Shown here one piece after another: positions 54,105 to 64,000 of a DNA stretch of 64,000 nt (positions within the stretch are counted from its first letter, which is position 1; each line of letters starts with the position of its first letter). The position numbers were made by a program, and so were the translations under genes. Origin of the DNA: an uncultured Acidimicrobiia bacterium (GTDB lineage Bacteria; Actinomycetota; Acidimicrobiia; IMCC26256; JAENVU01); NCBI GenBank assembly GCA_963835005.1, contig CAWIEA010000001.1, positions 70,336-134,335 of the forward strand, in the 5' to 3' direction. The notes under the pieces were generated by a model, which ran no database searches, was not told where the DNA came from, and was given only the letters and a program-made list of their open reading frames with translations.

Positions 54105-55085
54105 GTGACGGATCGCCCGAAGGCCCTCGTGACCGCGCCCTTCCGGGGTGACGGGCTCGCGACGCTCCAGGAGCTGTGCTCCGACGTCGTGCTCGACCCC
54201 TGGATCGACCACCGCCCGCTGCGCCTCTACCGGGCCGAGCAGCTCGCCGAGCGCATCGAGGAGGAGGGCGCCGACCTCCTGATCGTCGAGAGCGACTCGG
54301 TGAAGGGGCCGGTCCTCGACCTCCCGCTGATCGCGATCGGCTCCTGCCGGGGCGACCCGAACAACGTCGACGTGCCCGCCGCGACCGAGAAGGGCATCCC
54401 CGTGCTGCGCGCGCCCGGGCGCAACGCGGACGCGGTCGCCGAGATCACCATCGGGCTCATGCTGGCGGTGAACCGCGGCATCGTCCGGGCCGACCGCGAC
54501 GTCCGCGAGGGCCAGGTCTGGCGCGACGGCACGATCCCGTACCAGCGGTTCCGGGCCTGGCAGCTCGCGGGCCGGACCGCGGGCATCGTCGGCCTCGGTG
54601 CCGTCGGCCGGGCCACGAAATGGCGGTTCGAGGGCCTCGGCATGCGGGTCATCAGCTACGACCCCTACGCGCCCGACGCCACGCACTCGCTCCCCGACCT
54701 GCTCGCCGAAGCGGACGTCGTCTCGATGCACGCGGCGGTGACGCCGGAGACCCAGAACCTCATCGGCGCCGAGCAGCTCGCGCAGATGAAGCCCGAGGCG
54801 ATCTACATCAACTCGGCCCGGGCCCTGCTGCACGACACGGACGCGCTGGTCGCCGCGCTGCGCAACGGCACGATCGCGGGCGCCGGGCTCGACCACTTCG
54901 TCGGCGAGAACCTGCCCGTCGACCACCCGCTCTGCGCGATGGACAACGTCGTGCTGACACCGCACATCGGCGGCGCGACGTGGGACACCGAGGCCAACCA
55001 CTCCCGGTTGATCGCCGAAGGCCTGCGAACGCTGCTCGACGGCGGGCGACCGACGAACCTCGTGAACCCGGAGGTGCTCCGTTGA
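54105..55085 (+). CDS. D-isomer-specific 2-hydroxyacid dehydrogenase
   Basis: NADAVAE, GIVGLGAVG, INSAR, TPHIGG. Confidence 0.9.
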   Translation: MTDRPKALVTAPFRGDGLATLQELCSDVVLDPWIDHRPLRLYRAEQLAERIEEEGADLLIVESDSVKGPVLDLPLIAIGSCRGDPNNVDVPAATEKGIPVLRAPGRNADAVAEITIGLMLAVNRGIVRADRDVREGQVWRDGTIPYQRFRAWQLAGRTAGIVGLGAVGRATKWRFEGLGMRVISYDPYAPDATHSLPDLLAEADVVSMHAAVTPETQNLIGAEQLAQMKPEAIYINSARALLHDTDALVAALRNGTIAGAGLDHFVGENLPVDHPLCAMDNVVLTPHIGGATWDTEANHSRLIAEGLRTLLDGGRPTNLVNPEVLR

Positions 55086-55744
55086 GCGACCCGACCCTCA
55101 CCGCGCAGGAGACCAAGGAGCAGGTCCTCTGGGTCGCCAAGGAGATGCTGCGCAGCGGCCTCGTCGAGGGCACCGCCGGCAACATCGGCGCGCGCCTCCC
55201 CGACGGCAACGCGGTGCTGACGCCGAGCAGCCTCGACTACACCGACATGACGATCGACGACCTCGTGGTGTGCGACCTCGACGGCAACGTGCTCGAGGGT
55301 GAGCGCTCCCCCACGACCGAGAAGGCCCTGCACCTCGGCGCGCTCAAGCTGCACGACGACATCCACGCGACGATGCACTGCCACGCGAAGTACTGCACGA
55401 TGTTCGCCCTGACCCGTCAGGGCATCCCGGCGGTCATCGAGGAGTTCGTCGTCTACATCGGTGGCGACGTCGAGTGCGCGGACTACCGCACGACCGGGAC
55501 CGACGAGCTCGGCGAGGAGGTCGCCAAGCGCGTCGCCGACCGCAGCGCGGTCCTCATGGCGAACCACGGGCTGTTCGCGGTGGGCAAGGACCCGAAGCAG
55601 GTGCTGCACAACGCGCACCTCGTCGAGCGCACCGCGGAGATCGTCCACGGCGCGCGCCTGCTCGGTGAGATCGTGCCCGTGCCCGACACGGTCAACGAGC
55701 AGTTCCAGGGCTACTACCGCTACGGCCGCACCGGGAAGTTCTGA
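55082..55744 (+). CDS. class II aldolase/adducin family (FucA-like)
   Basis: GTAGN, TPS, E..LH, HCH, MANHG. Confidence 0.88.
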   Translation: MSDPTLTAQETKEQVLWVAKEMLRSGLVEGTAGNIGARLPDGNAVLTPSSLDYTDMTIDDLVVCDLDGNVLEGERSPTTEKALHLGALKLHDDIHATMHCHAKYCTMFALTRQGIPAVIEEFVVYIGGDVECADYRTTGTDELGEEVAKRVADRSAVLMANHGLFAVGKDPKQVLHNAHLVERTAEIVHGARLLGEIVPVPDTVNEQFQGYYRYGRTGKF

Positions 55745-55754
55745 GGGTCTCCTC

Positions 55755-55839
55755 TTCCGGGGTCGCCCGGCCGCGAGGGCGGCCGTCCCGCTCGCGCCGT
55801 CACCCCGCCTCCGCGACCAGCTCCGGGAACCTCTGCTCC
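55755..55839. repeat. dispersed ~85-bp repeat, copy 2
   Basis: Highly similar to 12903-12987. Confidence 0.85.
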
Positions 55840-57103
55840 ACTCCGACCGGTGACGAGGAACGTCGGACGCGCCACCGGCTCCAGAGGTGGACCAGGGCCG
55901 CGGCCGCGAGGACGGCGAGCTCGGGGTCGGCGACGATCCGGAAGCGCTGGTTGCCCCAGGACGTGACGAGGACCAGCGTTGCGGCACCGATCATGGCGAG
56001 CAGCTCGGCGAGCTCCTGACGGGCGCGCCGCATCACGACCACGCCGCCGGCCGCGAGGGCGAGCAACGCGAGCGATGCGACCCAGCCGACGGTCTGCATC
56101 GACCGCGTCCGGCTCTCGACGACCTCGGCGTCCAGCAGCGCACTCGGTGACCAGAGGCCCCACCCCCGCAGGGCGCGCAGGGGCGCGACGACGAGCGCGC
56201 GAGCCCAGTGGCCGCGGGCGTAGTCGATGCCGGCCTGCCGCTGCTGGGCCGAACGCTCCGATTCGGAGATGCCGCGCTGGCTGGGGGATGCACGCGAAGT
56301 CCCAGCCTGCGAGCTGGCCGCCCGAATAGGTCGACGGGCAGTTCGCCCCGCTGATGAGCGTGCCCGAGTTGTTGGAGAGGAGCGTCGTCTCCCCCATCGC
56401 GTCGGTGTTGCGGACGGCCCACGGGATGAGCACGACGACCACGACGGCGACGGCCGTGGCCGCGAGGCCGACCCGGCGGAGCGCGGGACCGGACGCGCAG
56501 AACGCGACCACGGGCACGAGGACGAGCATGACGACGAGCCCGTCGCTCCGCGCGAGGGCCGCGAGCCCGAGCAGCAACCCGACGAGCGCGAACCAGCCGA
56601 ACCCGCCACTGCGGCGCGCCTGGACTGCGGTGAGGACCGCGCCGGTGACGAGCGCGATGAAGAGGCTCTCGGCCATCAGCGAGCCGTCGGCCGCGATCGA
56701 GGAACGGAGACGCCGCGACGACGACTGCCGCGACGATCCCGACCCGGACTCCGGCCAGGGTACGGCCGAGGTAGCCGGTCAGGACGACGGTCACCGAGCC
56801 CACGACTCCCCCGGCGATCCGGTAGCCGCGGAGGCTGTCGATCCCGAGCTCGTGGACGACGGCGAGGAACCCGGGCCAGAGCGGGGGGAACTGCGCGGTC
56901 GGCACCGCACCTCGGAACGAGTAGAAGAGCCAGGGGTCGACGTAGCCGATGCCGTCGGCGATCGTCCCGGACTGGAGCGCGTACCAGGTGCCGTCGGCGC
57001 CGAGCGCCGGATGGTCGCCCAGCAGCAGGACGTAGACGACGCGCACCGCCAGTGCGCCCAGCGCGATCGCGACGATCGTGCGGGCGAAGCCGCCGCGACT
57101 CAC
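55800..57103 (-). CDS. GT-C (ArnT/PMT-like) membrane glycosyltransferase (frameshifted)
   Basis: DGTWY, PPLWP, MAESL, LAR, PWAVRN, RFR; multiple TM helices. Confidence 0.8.
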
Positions 57104-57110
57104 GGACTGG

Positions 57111-57773
57111 TCATCGCTTGCGCAGCAGCGTCAACCCGTCGCCCAGCGGGAGCATCACCGATTCGACCCGGTCGTCGGCCGCGACCTGGTCGTTGAACGC
57201 CCGGATCGCGACGCGGTTCGCATCGTTCGCATCCTCTTCGATCACGTTGCCGCCCCACAGCACGTTGTCGACGAGGATCACGGCATTGGTGCGCATCCGC
57301 GGCAGGAGCTCCTCGTAGTACGCCGCGTAGTTGGGCTTGTCGGCGTCGACGAACGCGAGGTCGATCGACTCCTCGTTCGGTAGCGCCCGCAGCGTCTCCA
57401 CCGCGGGGGCGATCTTCAGGTCGATGCGATCCGCGACGCCGGCCTGGTCCCAGTGCTTCCGCCCGACGGACGTCCACTCGTCGCTGACGTCGCAGCACAG
57501 CAGCCGGCCGTCGGCCGGGAGCCCGCGTGCGATGCAGAGAGCCGAGTACCCGGTGAACGTGCCGACCTCGACCGCGTTGCGGGCGCCGACGATGCGAGTG
57601 AGCAGGGTCATGAAGGCCCCCTGCTCGGGGGAAATCTGCATCATCGAGATCCCGCCGAGCGCCTTGGTCTCCTCGATCAGCGCGAGCTGGATCTCGTCGG
57701 GTGGAGTCCCGTGCCCGACCAGGTACGCCTCGATCTCGGGCGAGAGGAAGAAGGACTTCGGGTCGTCGGCCAT
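57111..57773 (-). CDS. SAM-dependent O-methyltransferase (CCoAOMT-like)
   Basis: EVGTFTGYS, FVDADK, DNVLW. Confidence 0.92.
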   Translation of the reverse strand: MADDPKSFFLSPEIEAYLVGHGTPPDEIQLALIEETKALGGISMMQISPEQGAFMTLLTRIVGARNAVEVGTFTGYSALCIARGLPADGRLLCCDVSDEWTSVGRKHWDQAGVADRIDLKIAPAVETLRALPNEESIDLAFVDADKPNYAAYYEELLPRMRTNAVILVDNVLWGGNVIEEDANDANRVAIRAFNDQVAADDRVESVMLPLGDGLTLLRKR

Positions 57774-57863
57774 GGCCCGGCAGCGTAGGTCGATCGACTC
57801 ACTTCCCCGTGCTCGCTCGAAGAACAACCACCGCGCGAGTCATCGTCGTGTCATACTCCCTCC

Positions 57864-59354
57864 GTGGGCAGTTGGGCACGGGGGGTGAAATTCGGCGCGG
57901 TTGCGTTGCTCGCAGCTTTGGTCGCGGGCGCGTGCCAGGGCCAGTGGCGCCAGAGCGCGACACCGTCACCGGTGCGCGCCGTGCACGTCGCCCTGCTCCG
58001 CACCGGCAAGGTCCTCCTGGTGGCGGGCTCGGGCAACAACCGCAACGACCTCACGGCCGGGACGTTCAAGACGAGCATCTGGGATCCGGCCACCGAGACC
58101 TTCACGTCGGTCGCCACGCCCTGGGACGCCTTCTGCTCCGGGCACTCGTTCCTGCCGGACGGTGAGCTCCTCGTCGCCGGCGGCAACACCGCGTACCCGG
58201 GGCCGGCGACCAACAACGCGAACGCAGGGTCGCCGAAGACGTACCTGTTCGACCCCGAAACGAGCCAGTACGTCGCCCAGCCGGACATGGCGCAGGCGCG
58301 CTGGTACCCGAGCGTGGTCGAGCTCGGGAACGGCAGTCAGCTGACCGTCGGCGGTCTCGACGACGTCGGGCTGCGGACGAGCGCGAGCCAGACGTTCGAC
58401 GCGGCGACGAAGACCTGGTCGGATCAGAAGCCGCCCCCCGCCGAGCTCTCGTTCATGCCGATGTACGCGGCGCTGCATGTGCTCGCCGACGGCCGCCTCT
58501 TCTACTCGGGCGCGAACGTGTTCGGGCCGGGCCCGGCCCGGCCCGGGATCTGGAACGTCGACACCAACCAGTGGACGAAGGTTCCCGGGATCACCGAGCC
58601 CGACCGCCGCGACCAGTCGATGAGCGTGCTCCTCCCGCCGGCGCAGGACCAGAAGGTGATGATCCTGGGCGGCGGTCACCAGGACCTCCCGGTGGACGCG
58701 ACCGCGTCGACCGCGATCGTCGACCTCAAGCAGCCGACACCCACCTACGTGCCGGGGCCGGCAATGGACACCAAGAAGATGTACGTCAGCGCGGTGATCC
58801 TGCCGGACTCGACGGTGTTCGAGACCGGAGGCGCGTCGACCACGATCCACAACGGCAACCAACCGGTGCTCAGCGCGCAGATCTTCAACCCGAAGACGTC
58901 GACCTGGACCAAAACCGCGACCCCGAAGGTGCCGCGCGTCTACCACTCGTCCGCGCTGCTGCTGCCCGACGGCCGCGTCGCCACCTTCGGCAGCAACCCC
59001 GAGGACAGCTTCGAGATGCGGATCGAGATCTTCACACCGCCGTACCTGCAGCAGACAGCCGCCCGGCCGACGATCACGAGCGCGCCCACGGAGATGACCT
59101 ACGGCGGGCAGTACACGATCGGTACCACCCAGGCGTCACCGCTGCGCTCCGCGGTGCTCGTGCGGCCGCTGGCCGTCAGCCACTCGAGTGATCCGAACCA
59201 GCGCCTCGTCGACCTGTCGGTGACGACGGGGACGAACGGGACCTCGGTCAAGGTGCCCGCCAACCGCAACCTCACCCCGCCGGGCTGGTACATGCTCTTC
59301 GTCGTCGACGGTGGCGGCGTGCCGTCGGTGGCGAAGTGGGTCCACGTCACCTAG
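57864..59354 (+). CDS. copper radical oxidase (galactose oxidase/GlxA-like, AA5), probable lipoprotein
   Basis: FCSGH, RWYP, RVYHS, SHS ligand motifs; PPGWYMLF C-terminal domain; lipobox-like VAGAC; start approximate. Confidence 0.9.
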   Translation: MGSWARGVKFGAVALLAALVAGACQGQWRQSATPSPVRAVHVALLRTGKVLLVAGSGNNRNDLTAGTFKTSIWDPATETFTSVATPWDAFCSGHSFLPDGELLVAGGNTAYPGPATNNANAGSPKTYLFDPETSQYVAQPDMAQARWYPSVVELGNGSQLTVGGLDDVGLRTSASQTFDAATKTWSDQKPPPAELSFMPMYAALHVLADGRLFYSGANVFGPGPARPGIWNVDTNQWTKVPGITEPDRRDQSMSVLLPPAQDQKVMILGGGHQDLPVDATASTAIVDLKQPTPTYVPGPAMDTKKMYVSAVILPDSTVFETGGASTTIHNGNQPVLSAQIFNPKTSTWTKTATPKVPRVYHSSALLLPDGRVATFGSNPEDSFEMRIEIFTPPYLQQTAARPTITSAPTEMTYGGQYTIGTTQASPLRSAVLVRPLAVSHSSDPNQRLVDLSVTTGTNGTSVKVPANRNLTPPGWYMLFVVDGGGVPSVAKWVHVT

Positions 59355-59423
59355 CGCCACCTCTCCACCCGCGTCCGTCGCGCTTCCGGCGCACGACGCC
59401 GGGAGCGGGGCGGACGCCCGAGG

Positions 59424-62400
59424 TCAGGTGGGTTCCGGAACCGGCGCAGGCGGGACGTCCGGCGCGGGCGGGACGGGCGGGGCCGGCTCGGGGTCCTGGT
59501 CGGTGCGGAGGGCGCGGGTGCGGACGAGCTCGACGAGCGCATCGGCGAACAGGAACAGGACCGCGATCCAGCCGAGGGTGCGGACCTGCCAGAAGAACGT
59601 CGGCCACTCGAACGTGGCCGGCAGGCGCACGTGGTACTGCTTCACCGCGATGTAGGCGCCGCATCCGGCCAGCGCGAGCGCCGGCACCAGGCTGACGACG
59701 GCCCGCCAGCGCGGGAAGAGCAGCGCGATCAGCACCGCCGCCGCGACGAGCACACCGACCCAGGGCGCGACGACGGCTGCGCCCACGACGAGCGCGACCA
59801 GCGTCGTCAGGACGATGCCGATCACGCCCGGGCGACGGCCCGGAGCGACGAGCGGTGACGCCAGCACCGAGTCGGCGCGCGGCTCGACCATCGCGGGCAC
59901 GAGACCCTCGCGCCGACGCCGGCGGCGGCGCAGCAGCGAGACCGCGAGGATCGCGAGACACGCGAGGACGGTGACGATCGACGCCGCGATCGCGCGGTTG
60001 ACGGTGCGCTGCGGGACCCACTCGATGTCGACGTCGAACGGCTTGCCGTCCGCACGCGGGTGCACGACCCAGCCGTTCCCGTAGCCGTCGGCCAGGGTCG
60101 ACTCACCGAGGGCCTTCCCGTCCGCGGTCGCCCGCCACCCCGGGTTCGAGCTCTGGCCGAGCACGATCCAGAACGGCTTGTCCGCGCCCGTGACCCGGAC
60201 GTTCGTCTTGTAGCGGCCCGACTCGAGCACCTTCACCGTCGGTTCCGCGGCGCTCGGCGCCGGGACCCCGGTGAGACCGGCGGCGGTGTCGAAGGTCGTC
60301 CACGCGGACCCGCCGGCCTCCGAGGCCACCACGAGGCGATCGACATCGAAGCCGAACTTGTTGCCCGGTTGCGTGCTCAGGACGTGACGACCCGCATCGA
60401 GGGCGAGGACGGGCGCACCGTCCTCCGAGCAGCTCACGAGGCGCAGCGGGTTCCGGGCCAGCGCGTCGGCCGTGGTGCCGACGACGCGGACCGGGAACGG
60501 CCGGTCGTCGACGGTGACGAGGTCCGCGCGGCAGTCGTTCGGGACCGTGGCCGCGACGCGCACCGCGGGCACTCCCGGCATGCCGAGCTCGGCGATGCCG
60601 ACCGGCATCTCGAGGTCGCACTCGCAGTACCACTCCCGCGTCGTGACCGGGCGGGTGTCGAGGACGGTCACCCGGAAGCGCGACCCCGGCAGCGCCGGGA
60701 ACGTGACCGGCGCGGAGACGACCGAGTCCGCCGCGGCCTGGTCCTTCACCGCGGGGACGTCGACCTCGCGCTTCTCCCCCGCCTCGTTGCTGATCTCCAC
60801 CTTCGTCGGCACGGAGTGCTTGCCGTCCGCCACGAGCTGGAGGTCCATCCGGTCGAGGGTGATCGGCGCCGGCAGGCGGACGTCGACGTACTGGCCGTCG
60901 ACGGTCGAGAACGGCGTGACCCACGCGGTCTCCGGGTTCTGGTCCAGCGCCGCGGACACGCGGTCCTGCGCCGCGCCCGAGAGGTGCTCGGACGACGTCG
61001 CGACCACCGGGCCCGGGTAGCCGAGCAGCTGGTCGATCTGGTCGTCGGGCAGGAACGGCGAGAGCCGGACGTCACCCGCGACGCCGAAGCTGCGATCGGT
61101 CGGCAGCTCGAACGAACGGACGAGCGCCTCCTCCGGGTCGCTCCGCGGCGGGACCGGGATCACGCGCTCGCGGTCCATGAGCAGCACCAGCGGTCGGTCC
61201 TGCGACGAACGCCCGAGCGTGCCGAGCAGGTCCGACGGCATCTTCACGACCTCGCTCACCCTCACGGTGTGGGCACCCGGCCCGTCGTCACGGAGGCGGA
61301 TCTCCGCGAAGCCGACCGGGCTCACACCGCCGTAGTTGATGAGCTGGCCGAGGTTCGTGTCCCGGACCTCGATCTCGAACGAGCGGAAGGTCCGGCGCGG
61401 GAACGTCGAGGGTCTGGCCCACCGCGGTGAGCGACGGCTTCCCGAGGGTGACGTTCACCGGCGACGCGCCGTCGAACCGCAGCACGGCCTGGGTGATCGA
61501 GCGCTCGTTCGGCTTCTTCAGCGGCTGGACGAGGTTCACCTGATCGGTGGTGATCGGATGGTCGAGGACGATCCGGATCTTGTCGCCCTGCACGTTGTCG
61601 AACGCGCCGGCCCGCCAGGCCGTGTTCACGTCGCCGTCGAACGCACGCGTCGCCCGGTCCTCGGGCGTGTACGTGATCGGGTTGCCGTAGTCGTTCGCGG
61701 CGACCGCCTTCGCGCCGTGCAGCTCGGTCGTCGTGTACGCGTCCTCGCCCGCGTCCGGGAACATGTCGAGCCGCGCGTCGGTGAGGTCGTCCTCGAGCGG
61801 GTGGGTGCCAGGGCCCTCGGTGTATCCGGACGTGTCGGTGATCGTGCTCCAACGACGGGCCCGGTCGCGGTTCGAGTCGGTGACGACGAGGGTGGCGCCC
61901 TGCGCGACCTGCCGCCTGAGCGTGGCCGGGTCCTTGGCGAACGCGGCGGAGTAGAAGACGAGCGGGTCCTGGTCGAGGAGCTTGGCGGTCCCGGCGTCGA
62001 CCGTCCCCTCGCCGTCGCCCGCGATCACGACCGAGCCCTGGTCGGCGCCGGCGCGCACGAACGGCACCGGGTCGTCGACCGGGAACACCGCGACCGGCGG
62101 CGGCACCTCGAGGTTCGGCGGTCCGCCGATCGCCTGCTCGTCCTCGAAGGGGTACGGCGTGTCGTTCGTCGTCGACGGCTTCCCGAAGAGCGTCGGCTCC
62201 CCGAGTCCGGTCGGCGTGCGGGTTGAACAGCTCCCAGAGGAACGTCGGTCGGATGAGGCGGTACCGCTCGAACTGGAGGTCGTTGCGCAACGCGATGTCG
62301 CCGACGCTCATCATGCGGGTCAGCGGCGCGATCGCGTCCGGCGGCAGCTGGCGGTCCTGGATCCGCAGGTCGAACGCGTTCAGCAGGTTCGCCGACGCGG

Positions 62401-63910
62401 GCGAGCCGTACGGGATCAGCTCGCGAGCGACGTACGGCCGGTCCATGAGTCCCGGGGTGATCGGGTCGACCGTGTTGCCCCACCGGTACGACGCGAAGTC
62501 GGACGCCGGGCAGCTCGAGGACGCGGGTGTCGTCGCCCTGCGCGTCGAGGTACGCCGTCGCGTCCTTCCAGTACTGCGGGATCTCCTCCGGCCGCTGCAG
62601 GTTCTTGCCGTAGAAGGTTCCGTTCCAGAGTGCGGGCAGGTTGATGATCACGAGCGCACCGACGAAGGCGGCCACGAGCAGCGCCGCGCGTCGCGTGCCC
62701 GTGGGTCTTGCTCCACGCGACGAAGGCGTTCACCCCCGCCGCGAGCAGGACCGGCGAGCCCGAGCACGACGAGCGGGGTGGCCCGACCGGTGCTCCGCAG
62801 CGCGAACGCCGCCGTCGAGGTGGTCGCGAGCTGCTTGAAGACGCTGCCGACCGGTGTGGGGCTGTCGTACGGGTGCGACCCGACGGCAATGATCACCCCG
62901 ATGAAGGCGACGATGATGAAGTACGCGCGGTGCCGCCATCGGATGATCGCCGCGGAGAACAGGGCCAGGATCGCGACGCCGTAGCTGACGATGATGAAGA
63001 ACGGGCGCTGGGTGTAGTCGGCGCTCGATTCGATCCAGGGTCCGAGCTTGTCGCGGCCGTAGAAGAACCAGTAGCCGAGACCGCGCAGCACCTCGTTCGG
63101 CAACGACGTGCGCGACACCGCCTCGAGCGTCTCGGTGTACTTCAGGATGTCGAGGCCGTACGCGCCCTGGGCCCAGAGCCCGGACATCCACCACAGCGAC
63201 GCTCCGAGCGTCAGCACGCCGATCTTGGCGACCACCGCGATCGCGCGGCGCAGCTTCACCTCACCCAGGATCCAGACCGCGTACGGGATCCAGAGCACCG
63301 GCGCGATGCCAACGAAGACGAGCGCGGTCGCGTTGACGCTCCCGATGATCTGCACGGTGATCGCGAAGAGCGCCGCATGTCGCCAGCCGCCTTGTCGCAG
63401 CCCGCGGATGACGAATGCGAGGAGCCACGGCAGGCCCGCCCACGGCAGCAGGATCACGGAGATCCGCGCCGCGTAGTCGAGCGAGTAGGGGCTGAGCATG
63501 AACGCCAGCGCGCCGACGGTCGCACCCGCACCCCGGAGCCCGAGCGTCCGGAACAGGTAGAGCATCCCGAGCCCGGCGAAGAGCAGGATCGTGCCGAGCC
63601 AGATGCGCTGCGCGACCCAGTCGGGCACGCCCACCTTGTCGAGCACCCAGTAGAAGGGCGCGAGCGGGAACAGGTAGCCGATGTTCTGGTGGGTGACGGT
63701 GCCGAACCCGATGTTCGGGTCCCACATCGACCACGCCCGCTCGATGACCCGACCCGGGTCGAGGTACAGGTACTGCTTCGTGTCCGCCGCGACCTTCCCG
63801 GGCGCGGTGAGCATGAGCGGCACGTACGAGATCAGGACGAGCCCGAGGTACCCGAGCCCCTTCCGCGTGCGCGGTGAGACCTGTTCGACGCGAGTCGCGA
63901 GATCCGTCAC
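59424..63910 (-). CDS. AftD-like (DUF3367) GT-C glycosyltransferase with carbohydrate-binding domains (frameshifted)
   Basis: ADTKQYLYLDP, HQNIGYLFP, WVAQRIW, EVLRGLGYW, RVLELPG, AFDGDVNTAW, DGYGNGW. Confidence 0.85.
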
Positions 63911-63946
63911 GCGGTCAGCCGGCCGGTCTCACCGGGCTGGGGGCGT

Positions 63947-64000
63947 TCACGGGTGGCGGCGCCGCAGCATCGCCTCGGCGGCGAGCACCTCGAGCGTCCC
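63947..64000 (-). CDS. 3' end of an upstream CDS, possibly a glycosyltransferase
   Basis: Reads ...GTLEVLAAEAMLRRRHP-stop; function inferred from context only. Confidence 0.35.
   Translation of the reverse strand, partial: GTLEVLAAEAMLRRRHP

Overview
High-GC actinobacterial DNA; the gene content (F420-LLM enzymes, AftD-like GT-C, acyl-CoA dehydrogenases) is consistent with Acidimicrobiia, by inference. Many otherwise intact genes carry 1-bp frameshifts, most likely uncorrected long-read errors. Core content: lipid/acyl-CoA catabolism (SDRs, ACADs, CoA ligases, P450, thiolase-like, crotonase, four-subunit 2-oxoacid:ferredoxin oxidoreductase), a Fur/PerR-rubrerythrin-DUF3501 stress unit, dut, Rrf2-cysQ-cysDNC, surface-glycan genes (GT-C, AftD-like, epimerase, copper radical oxidase), tRNA-Val(GAC) and tRNA-Gly(GCC). 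Three items stand out. (1) At 19.8-24.1 kb a short secreted Gly/Asn/Thr repeat protein and a long LPFTG-anchored protein share one repeat and are separated by a strong hairpin; this is a candidate undescribed chaplin/curli-like fibre system. (2) A 109-aa protein of five (D/G)xEGN units, three followed by dibasic sites, lies near a secreted subtilase; this is a candidate multicore peptide precursor. (3) A lower-GC TM-TPR gene cassette without an integrase is bracketed by perfect 28-bp direct repeats 1,443 bp apart, at the 3' end of that precursor gene. No CRISPR array, rRNA, transposase or integrase was seen.
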